Shown piece after piece: positions 1-13,901 of a stretch of 64,000 nt of DNA (its first letter is position 1; each line of letters opens with the position of its first letter). The translations under genes were made by a program, and so were the position numbers. A model generated the notes under the pieces. The model was not told the DNA's origin and ran no database searches. It saw only the letters and a list, made by a program, of their open reading frames with translations. Origin of the DNA: Eledone cirrhosa. Taxonomy: Eukaryota. Location: positions 371,380,001 to 371,444,000 of the forward strand of contig OZ024743.1 of assembly GCA_964016885.1 (NCBI GenBank), given 5' to 3'.

Positions 1-2040
1 CTTGGTGGAACAGTAAAGTGGAGGTGACAATTAAAGCCAAAAGACAGGCATGGAAAGAATGGCAGAACGAGGTAACTAGAGAGCACTGCCAGGATGCTAG
101 GAGATAAGCTAGGTGACAGGTATACTTTGCAAGAAGGGAAGCAGAAAATTAGAAATTTAAACATGTTCTACAATGCGAAGGCCAAAGGCGTAAGGTGTTC
201 AGGATTGCAAGGTAGTGTATCAGGGAAAATTGCGATGTTGATGGAGAGAAGTGTGTCTGAGAAGATAATGGTGTTCTTGCACTCTCTGACACTGAAAAGA
301 AGGTAGCATAGAAGTGCCCCTATGAAAGACTACTGAATGAGGAGAATGGACGGGAAGATAGTTTGCCCCAAGTGAACCCAACAGAGGGACCGGTGGTACA
401 AGTGAGTAGTAGTATAGTAAGTAAAGCAATCAAGGATATGAAGACAGTCAAAGCAGCTGGACTTTCTGGGATAGTTGCCAAGATGCTGAAAGCATCAGGG
501 ATGGTGGGTCACACCCTAACCATTCATATTTTAAACCAAGTAATACAAAATGGTGTCATACCCAATGATTGGTGTAGCAACAGCATAGTCAACTATTACA
601 AAGGCAAAGAAGATGCCCTAGACAGAAAACTATAAAGGCATCAAATGGATTGACGAAGTCATGAAGGTTACAGAAAGAGTTATAGCACAGCTAATCAGAG
701 ACTGAGTTAAGCTAGATGAGATGCAGTTCAGATTTGTGCCAAGTAGAAGTACCACGGATGCTCTCTTCCTTGTTAGGCAAGTACCTAAGTAAACCCCTAC
801 ACTTGGCATTCGTGAACCTGGAGAAAGCTTTTGACAAAGTCCTCCTGTTTCGTTATCTGGTGGGCTGTTAGAAAACTAGGAGTAGATGAGTGGCTTGTGA
901 AGGCTGTACATGCCATGTATATAGAGGAACAGTCAGCAAGGTTAGAATTAACAATGACTATAGAGAAGAATTTAGCTTGCAGGTAGGAGTACATCAAGGC
1001 TCCATTCTCAGCCCTCTCCTGTTTATTATCATCCTGCAGGCTATTACAGAAGAGTTTAAAACAGGCTGCCATGGGAGCTTCAGTATGCCGATGATCTAAC
1101 CCTCATAGCTGAATCTATGGTAGATCTAGAGAAGAAATTCCAAACCTGGAAGCAAGACCTAGAATTTAATGGTCTTGAAGTCAACCTGACAAAGACCAAA
1201 GTCCTAGTATGTAGAAAGGATAACGACCCAAATTCCCCAGGGAAATGGCCTTGCTTAGTGTGCAGGAAAGGTATAGGTAAAAACTCCATCCTATGTCCCA
1301 AATGCAAACTATGGGTACACAAGAATTTAGTGGGATTTCGGATAGGCTAGCAAAAACATGGGTTTTATATGTGGTTGTTGCACAGATGCAGTAAGTAGCA
1401 ACAACCTACAGGATACTAACTCCTTTAAATGCCCAGAGGATGTGGTAGAAGTAGTTGATAGTTTCTGTTACCTTGGCAAACAAATTAGCAGTGGATGTGG
1501 ATATTCCAAAAGTACTATAGCTAGAGTAAGAACGGGATGGAGAAAGTTCAAGGAGCTTCTACTGTTGCTAACCGCAAAAAGTTTTTCCCTCAGAATGAAG
1601 GGCAGATTATATGATGCGTGTATACGAACAGCAATGTTGCATGGCAGTATGACCTGGACACTGTGTGCAGAAGACCTATGAAGATTGGAAAGAAATGAAG
1701 CTTCCATGCTTTGATAGATTTGTTATAGTAATATACATGATCAGCAAAGCATAAATTAACTGGGAGAGAAACTGAGCATAAAAGATATCAGATGCAGTGT
1801 GCTGGAGAGGAGATATGGATATGTGATGCGTATGAAAGATGACAGCTATATAAAAAGGTGCAGAGCATTCAAAGTTGATGAAAGCTATGGTGTAGGAAGA
1901 GCTAGGATGAGGTGATAAAAGCTGACTTTGTATAATTGCACCTTACAAAGGTGATGACACAGGACTGAAACCTCTGGCATTATGCAGTAATACAGAAGAC
2001 CTGCCATACCATGAGTATGGGTTGAAGCATACATCTTGTA
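1..2040 (+). mobile_element. Degenerate RTE-clade LINE (RT, PHD-like finger and C-terminal region), frameshifted
   Basis: Fragmented ORFs match the intact 25842-28961 protein (KAAGLSGIVAKMLKASG, VGVHQGSILSPLLF, KWPCLVC...WVHK, FSLRMKGRLYDAC); many stops. Confidence 0.9.
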
Positions 2041-2049
2041 TGCACTAAC

Positions 2050-3415
2050 TTCCCCCTCTGGGTGCTTTTTGTTGTGACATCTACATGACCACCTTATAGT
2101 GTGTGCTTGGTGCTTTTTTGTTATGACACCTACACAACCACTTTGCAATGTGGGCTGGATGCTTTTTGTTGTGGCACCTACATGACTACCTTACAGTTTG
2201 GACTGGGTGCTTTGGTGGGAAGGGTGTGAGAGGATGGGGAGGTGGATATATGGGCATGTGTGAGGGGCGAAGTGTTAGGACGGGGAAGGTGTATGAAGGG
2301 GAGGTGAAGGTGGTGCATATCAACCTGTGCTCATGGGAGGTGTATGGGAGGAGGGTGGAGGTGAATATGGGAGGAGGGAGGAGGTGAATACTATATGTAT
2401 GCTTCAGCCAATGCTCAAGGCATGTCTTCTGTATTAGTGCATAACGCCAGAGATTCAGGTCCTGTGTCATCACCTTCAAGAGGTGCAATTATGCAAGGTC
2501 ATCTTTTATCACTTCATCCCAAGTCTTCTTACTCCATAGCTTTCAACTTTAAGCACTCTGCACCTCAATGCTTTGTTGTTCACATATATTACTATTACAC
2601 ATCCATCAAATCATGCAAACTTCATTTCTTTTCAAATCTCATAAGTCCTCTGTACATTGTTGCCCGTATACATGCATCATACAATCTGCCTTTCATTTTG
2701 AGGGGAAAGCCTTTTGTAGCTAGCAGTGGTAGTAGCTCCCTGAATTTCTTCCATCCCATCTTCACTCTGGTTACTGCACTTTCAGAACACCCACCTCCGC
2801 TGCTAATTTGGTGACCTAGGTGACAGAAGTTGTCTACCGCTTCTACTGAACCTTCCCAGAATTTGATAGTGCTTGTTTCCTGTTGTTTGCTACTTACTGT
2901 TCTGGTGCAGCAACTACATAAAACCTACCTTCTTAATTAAACTACCCGAGATCCTACTATATCGCTTGTGTACCCATAGTTTGCATTTGGGACAGTGGAT
3001 AGAATTTCTACATACACTTTTCCTACATACTAGTCTACAACCTTAGTCTTTGTTAGGTTGACTTTAAGACCCTTTGTTTCTCAGTCATGCTTCCAGGCTT
3101 TGAATTTTTTTGTAGTTCTGCCATTGATTCAACTGTTAGTGTAAGATCATCCACATACAGGAATTCCCATGGGCAGCCAATCTTAAACTCCTCTGTTATA
3201 GCTTGCAGAACAATAACAGGAGAGGGCTAAGAACAGAGCCCTGGTGGATGCTAACGTGCATGTTAAATTCCTTGCTATAGTCGTCGTTAATCATAACTTT
3301 GTTGACTGCTCCCCTATACATGGCTTGTACAGCCTTCACAAGTCACTCTTCTACTCCTAGTTTTCTATGAACCCACCAGATAATGGCACGGAGGACTCTG
3401 TCAAAAGTTTTCTCA
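2050..3415 (-). mobile_element. Degenerate RTE LINE 3' half with 3' UTR repeats, tail-to-tail with the preceding copy
   Basis: Reverse complement of the RT region (EKTFDRV, GCPWEFLYVDD, KGFPLKMKGRLYDAC) and of the ~47-bp 3' UTR repeat units. Confidence 0.85.
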
Positions 3416-3745
3416 ATATATATATATATATTTGTTTCTGAGAATGAACAGCAGAATGGCTGTATTTTATCGAGGCTAATACTAGAGAGCAGCATAATGA
3501 TTAGTTAATATATCGATAATATCCTGATTCATGTTGCACTAGAAAACGATTGTTCAACTTTATATATAGAGAAACAGACATAAAGAGGTGAACAAATAAG
3601 ACAGAAACAGACAGTGAAAGACAAACAAAAAAATACAATGCAGATGTATTAGTAGTGTCTACTCATACACCCAATGTGACACATAAGTGGATCAGAAGTA
3701 ATTAATGCTAATGTTTCTCTCTCTCTCCTACCATTTCTTCCTTAC

Positions 3746-3868
3746 CTTCCTTTTCTTTTGTTTCAGACAGACTTTCCACTTCTTTTGCTTCTTTGGCCAT
3801 TTCTTCAGGTGAAGGTACACTGGATAATCCAATTTCCACAGTATCAATGATGGTATTGACACCATCAC
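3746..3868 (-). CDS. FAM114A2: FAM114A-family protein, coding exon 3 (gene continues left)
   Basis: ttttAG acceptor at 3869-3870 and G|GTAAGG donor at 3745. Peptide GDGVNTIIDTVEIGLSSVPSPEEMAK resembles FAM114A 'GQGISNVIEKAETSLGIPSP'. Phase 1 matches the previous exon. Confidence 0.8.
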
Positions 3869-4081
3869 CTAAAAATGAAATCACATATATATATATTCGC
3901 AATACATTAGACAGAGTGAATGTTAAATAATACTTGGCTAGAAAAGTAAAGTGTGAGAGAGAATGTATGTTTGTGTGAGAAGAGTAAAGAGAGGCAGAAA
4001 AGCATAAAATAAACAAGATATAAGGAAAAGAAAGAGACAGAGAGATAAAAACAGGATGTACGTATTAGTTTGAACACTTAC

Positions 4082-4166
4082 CTATCTGAGATGTAAATGT
4101 GGAAACAGATGAAGCAGCTGCCCCAATGAAAGATGATCCCCAGCTTCCCCATCCCCAGCTTGATGT
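4082..4166 (-). CDS. FAM114A2: FAM114A-family protein, coding exon 2
   Basis: TTAG acceptor and G|GTAAGT donor; encodes TSSWGWGSWGSSFIGAAASSVSTFTSQI, the WGxWG motif of FAM114A1/A2; 85 nt, phase 0 to 1. Confidence 0.85.
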
Positions 4167-4454
4167 CTAAAAATAAAAAATAAAAACTATATATATACAT
4201 ACTGAAGTAGATGTTTTAAATACCAGTGTATTTAAAACATTAATACTAAATAAGTACTCAATATGTATAGGTAGAATGTAAAATTTATTTTCTGAAGAGA
4301 AAAGTGGCAGTGACTTTAAAGTTTTAGTTATTACTTCATCGGGCTGCAAGGAATGCAAGTAACCTTATAGCTAGATGAAGCAATATTCAATGCCACTTTA
4401 ATATTCAGAACGAACGTACGTACATACGTACATACATACATATATATATGTGAA

Positions 4455-4600
4455 GGCGCATGGTTGATTGGTTAGAGAACTGGATTCGCAATCGTGAGGT
4501 TGTCAGTTCGAATCCTGGACTGGGCAATGCGTTATGTCCTTGAGCAAGACACTTTATTTCACGTTGCTCCTTCTACCTGGAGTTGCGACCGATAGATAGT
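4455..4600 (+). mobile_element. tRNA-derived SINE with CORE-like domain
   Basis: A-box TGGTTGATTGG and B-box GTTCGAATC, followed by TGTCCTTGAGCAAGACACTT (CORE-like); sits beside a (TA)n/(CATA)n microsatellite. Confidence 0.75.
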
Positions 4601-4670
4601 ATTAGCAATTGGAAAGACCAACGGAAACATTGGTTTGTTGGTCCGATTTGATGAACGTCGATCGACAAAA

Positions 4671-4706
<36 letters not shown>

Positions 4707-4756
4707 TTCGTTTTAGTGTTTGTTTTGCAAGTTGGAGTAACTAGAACAAAATCGAA

Positions 4757-4935
4757 ATGAAGAGAAGACAACCAACAGGAGACCGAAGGATAGACCTCGA
4801 GCAAGATGGTTGGATAACATCCATGAGCTTGGTTGGTCACTCTTGGAAACTGTTGCTTCTGACAGGATCTGCTGGAAGGAGTGTTTGAGGACTCTATCTC
4901 CACAAGGAAGTGAAGAAGGAGGAGGAAGAGAAGGT
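4757..4935 (+). mobile_element. 3' end of a second RTE-type LINE family (same family as 18440-19110)
   Basis: PRARWLDNIHELGWS...VASDRICW peptide is shared with ORF 18456-18704; GAA-rich tail. Confidence 0.7.
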
Positions 4936-6027
4936 TGTAATGAAAGTTCTGTCCATTTTTTAAGGCTAGATAAAACAATAAAAACACAATATCAGATTTA
5001 TTTAATCATTAATGTAGTCATCATTCTTCTCTATGACCTCTCTCCATCTGTCAATAAGCTTTTTAATAGCACATTCATAAAATTCTTTAAGCTTTGAACT
5101 AAAAAAAGAAACTATGTCAATTTTTACTTCTCTTGAAGTAAGTCTTAATCCAATCACATATGAAAACTTCTAAGGCATATTTTTCTAGATCTTTAGTCTT
5201 TTGTGTGGAATCCAGTGTTATCGTGATAAAGAATGACGTCTTAACAATCGACTTTGGCTGTTATTATTTGATTATCACCTAGCAGCTCATGATGAATTAT
5301 TCTCCGCATTTCCTACCACACACTCAGAAGAATCTTCTTTGGATGCAAGCCACTTCTAGGATGCTGAGCTGGATCTTCATCACAACTGAGCAACTGACTT
5401 CTTCGCTTAACATTAGGGTAACGTATCCATTTCTCATTTCTAGTAATGACTCTATTCAAAAAAGGTGTTTGCAGCTCTTGAGAATGCAATGATGCCTAGC
5501 AGTCAACATGTTGTTTGTGATTGTCTGCAGGGAGATCATGTGGAACCCATTTTCCAACCTTTGACACTTTATCAAGCTTTTCCAATTTACAATGAATGGT
5601 GATATGGCTCTCTTGGATGCCCATCCCTTGATTCATCCTGCAGGCTGTAGTTCTCATTTCTGAATCACGAAAACTATCTCCTGCATGTTCTTTCAGTCAC
5701 TCCACCATATCCATAAGTGTTTTGGAGTGATTTTGCTGCTGCACTATTACGTTTTTGAAATTCATAAAGAATAACATGGCTTGAAGTGAATATGGCACCA
5801 ATACAACAGCTTCAATAAAAATAAATTTGACAAAATCTGAAAGAAAATGAAACATATTAGTGATTTCAGCATATTTTAAGTATATTTGAGAAGTTGGACA
5901 CCTAATTTTGGAATTTACTTTAAAAAAGAAATGGACAGAACTTTCGTTCTGTATATATTACACATACACACATTATATACATATGTGTGTATTGTGTATA
6001 TATTATATACACTATACACACACACGT

Positions 6028-7400
6028 AGAAAGCTTGGGTTGGAAAGACTCTTCAGTCAACCAAGGACATGACCGCCTCCCTACTGTTGGTGATGGGAAG
6101 AGCATCCAGTTGTAGAAAGCTTGCCAAAGAAAGGGTTGGAAGGACCCTTCAGTTGTGTCAAAGACATGACATCTCTCCTGTGCACTAAGTTGCCATTCTT
6201 ATCACCAACCACTTTACAGAGTGTATTGCGTGCATTGATTGTCTCACTAATGTTAGAGTGGTTGTTTTGCCCGTGACACATCTGAAGTGTCCTCTCAACC
6301 TTTTTTGGGGGGGAATGGTGTCTGCAGCTAGATACCCTTCCTATTAGATGGGAGGTGGGGTAAAGGAGATAAGTATATTATGGTCAGTGGCAATAGGTGG
6401 GGAAGAGGGAATAATAAGATGTTTTGGGTGAAGTAGAGAAAGAAGAGGGTGAAAAAGTATGTCCTACATGTATGGTGTGGTGGGGTTTGATAGAGTGATG
6501 AGAGGGAGTTAAGGTAATCTTTGGTAGAGTGGGATATAGTTATGGTGAAAACAGTTAAGATTGATGGTGGTGGTGGTGGTGGGTCAGGCCACATTCTTTC
6601 ATTGCTAGGTAAGTTTTCTCTAGTACTGCAGGTCTCCAATCCTCATGATTCTATGTCATCTCTCTTGTGAAAATTAGCTTCTTAAAGTTGGTTTTCACTA
6701 CTTCATCCCATGTTTTCCTGTCTGCCTCTTTCCCAAGTCCCATCCACTGAGATTTCTCTGCGTTTCTTTATGCAGCTGTCATCTTTCATATGTATCCTAT
6801 ATCTATATTACTGCAACCTCTCTTGCACACTGCATTGGAACCTTCTTATACAGATTTTTTTCTCTCAGTTTGCTTATACTACACTGTTCATACAGACTAA
6901 CACTATATATCCATCATAACATTTGTTTCTAGTCTTCACAGGTCTCCTTGCACTCAGGGCCCATGTCTCACTGCCATGTAACATGCCAGTTCACATGCAG
7001 GCATCATACAGTCTACCCTTTACTTTGAGAGAGAAACCCTTTGTTGTCAGCAGAGAGACAAGCCCTATAAACTTCTTCCAGCCCATTCTTACTCTAGCTA
7101 CTACACTATCAGACCCCCCCCCCCCACTGCAGATTAGGTCACCGAGGTAACAAAAACTGTCAACAACATCTAGGATGTCTCCAAGGCAGTTGAGACAATA
7201 TATTCCATGTGTGCTTTTAATACCTACTTCTGTGTGTACAAAATCTATCTTCTCTGTTAACCTACCTGTAATGCCACCATAATGCTTGTGTATCCACAGA
7301 TTTCGACATATCAAACAAGATGATTTCCATGATGGTATCAAGTTCCTGTTTTCTTTCCTACTTTAGTCTTCACTAAGTTTACATTTAGGCCTTTTGATTT
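6028..7400 (-). mobile_element. RTE LINE 3' fragment plus RTE-tail-derived repeats
   Basis: ORF 6991-7341: VVDSFCYLGDLIC...RVRMGWKKF...KGRLYDAC; GGAAGAGCATCCAG/CCAACCAC tail motifs at 6028-6310. Confidence 0.8.
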
Positions 7401-8326
7401 TAGGTTTGATTAGATAATCCACATTTCTACATTTACCTTGCTATAAAACAGAAACAATCTACAATTTGTAAGAAACAATAAAAAAAAAGGTGGGAAACAA
7501 AAGGAAAGAAAGAATAGGGAAATATAGAAAAAAAAGAGGAGAGAAGAAAAAGAAAAGGAAAGGGATGGCAAGAGCTTTGGTGTCGCAGAAGAGAGGGTTG
7601 AAGGGGGAGAGTGATTGGGCTTTGGGCCTAGGGCAGAAGTGCTGCACCCCACTGACAAGATGCTGGAATTTTGCCTCAAACTCTTCCATTGATTCAGCTA
7701 TAAGGACTAGATCATCAGCATGCCTGAGTTTCCATATTATTCATTATATGTAAAACGGTTAAAGCAGAATGTGACAACCTCGCCAGTGCTGGTGTCACAA
7801 TAAAATGTACACAGTACACTTTATTAACTGGTTTATGTTATGAAAGGCATCCAACCATAGAAACAATGCCAATAAGAACATATGAGACATGATCCTCAAA
7901 TACATCTAGAATGGCAGTAACTTCAAATAAAAACTGACTCAAACCATAAGAACCTATCCAACCCATGCTATAAAATTGATGATGATGAAGGGTAGTAACA
8001 CTTACATTCATTAAGAATCTTTATTTCTAAAGTAAACGTAATAATGCTCATATCAACTAGCATTACTACCCTCATCATTCTACATTCACTTGGATGGCAC
8101 AGCACCCCTCCACTTGTTATGTTCTTCATCATCTCTGTAAAATTCAGTGTTTATGAGGCCATTTCTAATCATTTCTGCCAAGGTATTCCTCTACTACAAC
8201 TTTCTTCCACTGAGATCTCTTAACACTTTTAGGAATTTCTCAATAATTAAAAATATTATCACATTAAAAATAATTCATTGCAGATGTTTACACATTTAAT
8301 TGAAATATAATGGTGTCTCTTGTTAC

Positions 8327-8833
8327 CTTTCCAGACTTTTCTTGGTTTTCTTTCATGGTTGTACTCTTCTCTGGAAGTGTTTCTTTGCTGTTCCCTTCAT
8401 CTTTGTTATCTAAAGATAAAGACAATCTCTTCAGATTACACTGTAAAACATCACTCTGATCATCTTCTTCAGAAAAATTGTTCTTCATATGACTGTCATC
8501 ACTTTCGTCTGTGATTCGAACATCTTCCATATTATTTTTAGCTAACTGTATGTTATCAATCTGGGATGTGGTCACTTCAGTGGAAATTGTGCTATCAGAG
8601 CTCTCAAAAGAATCCATAGGTTTATCAACAATTTCTTCATCGCTCGTCTTAGCAATTTTGCCTTTCTTTTTTTGCTGATTCTTCTTATTTTTGCTTTTGT
8701 TTGAATTTTTATTGTCATTTTTGCCACTGCTGGTTTGAGGAGCAAGTTGACCCTTCTTGCTGGTAGGTGGCACAGGTACATCTTCACCCTCACCGGCACT
8801 AGCAAAGGCTCCATCATCCTCAGAATCAGACAT
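8327..8833 (-). CDS. FAM114A2: FAM114A-family protein, first coding exon (acidic/low-complexity N-terminus MSDSEDDGAFASA...)
   Basis: Pyrimidine tract plus CAG acceptor at 8838-8840, ACC-ATG at 8833, AAG|GTAACA donor at 8326; 507 nt (phase 0) joins exon 2 in frame. Confidence 0.75.
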
Positions 8834-10216
8834 GGTTCTGCAAATATATGAGCGATAGAGAACGAGAGAGATGAGTAATGGGGAAAAGAGGCAGATGAGA
8901 AGTGGTATCAAGTGGAGATTGAAACTCGAGATATATTGGACAGCTATCATACCCCCCCCCCCCCAACCTCCTTACACGTTTCCTGCGTCGTATTAACTCC
9001 TGACATGTCTTTCAAGTATTCCAGGCCCCTTTGGCACTTTAACTTTTCGCCCTACTACAGAACAACAAAAAATTTTAATTACATAATTGGCAGACCATTA
9101 TTCCCCACAGAGCCTCTAGGCTCCTTATGAATAATACAATCCTGTACGTTCCGTGTGTGTGTGTTTAATTGTTCATTTGTCGTCGTGTTAGTGTGTGTTT
9201 GTGTTCACTATCATCAATGCCCCAAGAAATTCTTCTCTTGGAACCATTCGGGTCATATTTACGTCTACGTCATTAAATTCCAGCGTGTGTCACAGGTCTT
9301 TTTTAAATGGTATTTAAGACTAACTTCATTTAAAGGCAGCAATGAGTTGAGAGGGATTTGGCTGCTATGCCTAATAGATTGAGCGACCACATAGAGGCTC
9401 GTTGGCTTATGTATCGTGATGTCTGTCACGTTCTATCTAACTGTACACAATTGATTATGAAATGAATCACTCCCCAGGATAGATCTAGCTTATGTCCATA
9501 GAGAACCAATGAAAGAATGAAATATAGTATCACATCCATCAGGTCGCAATAGAACCGCATCACATATGGATGATTAATAAGAAAAGAACAAAAATTAGAA
9601 ATAAACCATTTTAAAACTAAAATGCATGCCTCGATCAAGAATTAGGGTTGAACTGGAGCTAAATAATAACAATGTGACATTACACAACAGGTTTATATAG
9701 ATTTCCCACGGATCAGGTTCTAAAAATTCTTATACGACACATTAAAACACTTGTTACTTATTGTGTATCTTTGCTATTTTAATAACTTTTTTCCAACACA
9801 AATTATTTCTCTTTATTTCATTTTTTTTATATACGTGTAGATAACCTTTTCCCCTTCTGTTATACAAATATAGGGTTTGTTATGCCTTTATTTTTATTTG
9901 TGTACCAATAAAAAACACCTACGCACATATCACTAACGATATGGTAATAAATAAAAAGTAACCAAATAATTAATAAAGAAATAAGTAAAAAGAAAGTCAG
10001 GTTGAATTAACAGAAAACAGAAAATAAATTCAATGAATGACGCAGTATATATTATATATAAATTAACCAGCCGTTGCTAATGTTAGTAATTTTTGTTTTG
10101 GGAGCAGTAATGTTTTAAGTTTTTCTCCGAGCAATAACATCTGGTGACAATTGAAGATAGCTGGGGGGACTAAACATTTATTGTGTAGTTGTAAAACTAT
10201 CGTAAATACTTCTTAC

Positions 10217-10365
10217 CAAGTCCACTATCGATAATCTTTCAACCAAATGATTCGCCGTTAATGCAGCAGATACACATGTAATAATTGATGCTAAATGGGT
10301 GATAATTCCCGCAGAAGACACGTCGTCGTCAAACTCTGAAATTGCCACTTGCACGCATGCGTTAT
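10217..10365 (-). promoter_or_regulatory. Candidate 5' non-coding exon/promoter of the FAM114A gene
   Basis: Minus-strand donor G|GTAAGA at 10216, locally CpG-rich non-repeat DNA, and an NRF1-like GCACGCATGCGT at about 10351-10362. Inference only. Confidence 0.35.
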
Positions 10366-10729
10366 GTTAAGTTGATGGAAATTTAATGTAGACCACTATT
10401 ACACAGTTTGACTTCAAAATCTAACCTTTCTTCTTATATATTTTTTACAATTACACCCATCTCGTGTTGGAAGTAAAATTTATGTTTCTCTATTATTTAT
10501 TTTTAATGTGTTTTAAACAAATCTAACATTCAAAATATTCAGAAAATATTCGTTTTAATTAAGTGGAGGAAGGCGGGGGGGGGGAGCACTCTCGGGGTTT
10601 TCGGGTTTGGAGGTGAAATTTGTTTTTCCTATGATTTTTATGTACAAAAGGACGAATATGGCTTTCAAAACAGTCGAAAATTATTCGTTTTTTTTTTAGT
10701 TAACTGATGGGGGTGGGGGCTTGCTTTCT

Positions 10730-11420
10730 ATAGAGGGTTAGTGGAAAGTAAGAGTGACGATGACCTTTGAGCAGTTTTGGGCATTGATTAGGACAGTCTG
10801 AACAAGTTTTTACTGGGGGACTTTCAGGCTGGGGATTATGAATTATTTCCCAAATTCCTTGGTATGGCAGTGCTACAGAGGTGCACTACCAGTTCAAGAT
10901 AAGCTCTACTATTACGGAAGTAACAGTAGCCAGACCTGTCTGAGATGCATGCAGCGTGACCAAACCGTTCTATATGTTATCGCCCAGTGCACATGCATTG
11001 TAGACTTGTGGGTTTGTGTCAAACAACTGCTATCACGTGTAAGACAGATCCAGTTATCAGCCTTGTCTGTAGTGAAAATTGAACTGCCACTTTTTTCTTG
11101 AAAAGAAGCATGGTAAATCTTCTTCTACTTAATAGCTATAGTGAAGGAAGCTATATAGTGGATTCGCCTAAATGGATGAAAGGCAGGAATATTCCTCACC
11201 AGTCTTATCAACTTCTTCAAATTTTACTTGAGGAAGGTGAAGGTAGAAAGAGAAGCGCTGCCATTTAGTGTTTTATGAAATATGGGTGAGAGCAGCAAGA
11301 TTAACGAGGCTGAATGGGTCTACTCTGATTATACATTTCTAAGCAGAATGAAGTAAATCTGAAGAATGCACTTTCAATGCCTGTGAGGCCACAGAGTAAT
11401 TCAGCGTTTTGTGGGGAGTT
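10730..11420 (+). mobile_element. L1/Tx1-clade LINE 3' fragment (C-terminal CCHC-type zinc-finger region)
   Basis: LVWQCYRGALPVQDKL...CLRC...TVLYVIAQC...LW resembles the zf-RVT region of Tx1/L1 ORF2. Confidence 0.6.
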
Positions 11421-11859
11421 CTCCTTTGAATAACCCTAAAGTGCAGTTCTCTCTACTATTGGGCAATTGATTCTTGTTGACATTTGTTATTGTTTTGAAT
11501 TGCTATCATATATATTTATTACAATCTACATTATATCATAAAAGAGAAGCTGTTTCTCTGTCTGTCTGTCAGTTACAATATATATGTAGAAGGAGGGGGA
11601 AAAGTAGAGGAAACCCTTTTTTTAAGTTGAAAGAAGGGAGATATGCTTATAGTTTATTGCAATGGTTAGAGGTAATAAGGTAGAGATGTTGGAGGGGGAT
11701 GAGGAGCCAGTGGGGAGGGGGCACCTAATTTCTATTATTGCTATTCCAATTGCTTTTCTTCGGTGATGTCCCCTTTCCTTCACTTGATGTAAACCCCACT
11801 CTGTTGTTTTTGTCCCTATCCCCAATGTCTTGTGCCCTTGTTGTCTCGGTTATGTATGG

Positions 11860-12190
11860 TCTCACATTCTTTCTAGTGCACAAGGGAGCTTGTCATGTCT
11901 TTGACACAACTGAGGGTCCTCCCAACCCTTTGTTTGGCAAGCTTGCTATGGCTGGATGCCCTTCCTATCACCAACCACTCTACAGCGTGTACTGGGTGCG
12001 TTTATCCTGAAGATCACCAAACACTAGGGAGACTGGTGCCTTGTCATGACTGTAGGATCCTTTCAACCCTTTTTTTGGCAATTTTCTATGGCTGGATGCC
12101 CTTACTATCACCAACCACTTTACAACATTTGTTTGGTAGACTCTCCACTGCTGGATGCCCTACCCATCACCAACCACTTCACAAGGGGAC
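11860..12190 (-). repeat. Three tandem degenerate copies of the RTE 3'-UTR motif
   Basis: GCTGGATGCCCT...ATCACCAACCACT recurs at about 11950, 12090 and 12150. Confidence 0.65.
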
Positions 12191-13641
12191 AGTAGCTAGG
12201 AGCATGTGTGAAAGCAGCGAGAGCATAGGGTGCGTGCGGTGAAGGTTGTAGTGGTGTCAAGGATATCAGTTAGTGAGCTGTAGTGGAAAGGGGGGAGGGT
12301 CAGGCCAAATTGTATGTCACAGGTTGGATCTTCTTTAGCACCACACAGCACCAGCCCTCATGATCTTTAGTAATTTCTATTCTGAAGTTTAGTTTCTTAA
12401 GGCTAGTCTTCACAACCGCATCCCATGTCTTCTTGGGTCTACCTCTTCCACAGGTCTCAGCCACTGGGGTTTCTCTACATTTCTTTATGCAGCTGTTATC
12501 TTCCATGCATATCACATGTCCATACCAACGTAGTCTTCTCTCTTGCATGCTACATCCAATTCCTCTTATGCTAAGTTTTTCTTTCAGTTGGCTTATTCTA
12601 TGTCACTCTTGCTTACTAACATCCATTGGAGCATACTTAACTTATATCTTTCTAGCATCCACAGATCTTTTGCAGTCAAGGCCTATGTTTCGCTGCCATG
12701 TAACATTGCAGTCTGCACACAGGCATCATACAGTCTATCCTTCAGACAGAAAAGCATTTTGTTGTTAGCAGCGGCAATAGATCTCTAAACGTCTCCCAGC
12801 CTCTTTTTATCCAAGCTTATACTTCGTACACAGATGTTATAGAGTCGTCCTTTTGTATGTAGGGAGAACACTTTGGTTGTCAACAGTGGGGGTGGCTCTC
12901 TAAACTTCTTCCATCCTATCCTTATTCTAGCTATTATGCTCTCAGAGCACCCTCTTCTACTGCTAATTAAGTCACCTAGATAGCAGAGGCTATCAACCCT
13001 CTATGGACCCTTCCTGTGATTTGAAGAGGTTTATATCACAGCCGCTCTTCCTTTTGATTACACCTGTGCATCTACATACAAATGGTTTTATCTTTTTTCC
13101 TGCTCAAGTAACACTTTAGCCTTGTCTAAGTTTACTCTCAGACCATTTGATTCCAAATTCTGTTCCCATAGTTAGAACTTATTCTCTTGTTCTTTTATAG
13201 ATTCAGCTATAAGGACCTAATCATCTGCATTATACTCCTTTTATACTCCTTTGTTATGGCCTGAAGAAATATGATGAACAGCTGTAGGAAGAGAACCGAA
13301 CCTTGATGAATTGCTACCTGTACTTTGAGTTCCTCACTCAACTTTACTGACAGCGCCTCTATACATAATTTGCACTACTCTCATAAGCCATTTTTCTACA
13401 CTTAATTTTCTTAAGGGCCACCAGATAATAGATCAAAGAACTCTGATAAAGGCCTTTTCTAGATCAACAAAAGATATATATAATGGCTTATTATTGGCTA
13501 GGAACTTCTCTTGTGGTTGCTGAGCATAACTAATTCACAATAGTAGGAGGTTATAAGGCTTTATTCCAATCTTCATTGACATTACAAAATTATGGCCACT
13601 TACAGTTATGTTGCCAGCTCACACATAACTTATGTTGTCTG

Positions 13642-13886
13642 TGTAATGAGAAAGCTACTGCACTTACCACAATTCTGCTAGCTCACTCAGCGAGCTAGCC
13701 TCATCAACATGGGTATATCCGTTCATCAGTTGCAGCTCGCATTCACACGTCCGTTCGTCGTGGGTCACATCCGAAAGAGGGCCCCCAGATGCTCCTGGGT
13801 ACGCATCTCACATCACTTCCTCTTCCGCCTCCGGTTGATTGTCCCCAGCTTCCGGTCACCTCCTCCACACCACCACACTATCCCCA
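13642..13886 (-). repeat. 3' LTR of Gypsy element
   Basis: Near-identical to 16736-16974, with scattered substitutions and a 6-bp indel. Confidence 0.9.
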
Positions 13887-13901
13887 CACACACCCCTGAT
13901 C

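Noticed and set aside
4455-4530. tRNA gene
   Set aside because: Has A/B boxes but no clean acceptor stem, and continues into a CORE-SINE body.
5200-5900. Possible decayed DNA transposon
   Set aside because: Only vague similarity; no catalytic motif or TIR pair could be confirmed.
8834-8950. N-terminal extension of the 220-aa ORF (MIAVQY...)
   Set aside because: It is the intronic pyrimidine tract upstream of the acceptor at 8838; the real start is most likely ATG 8833.
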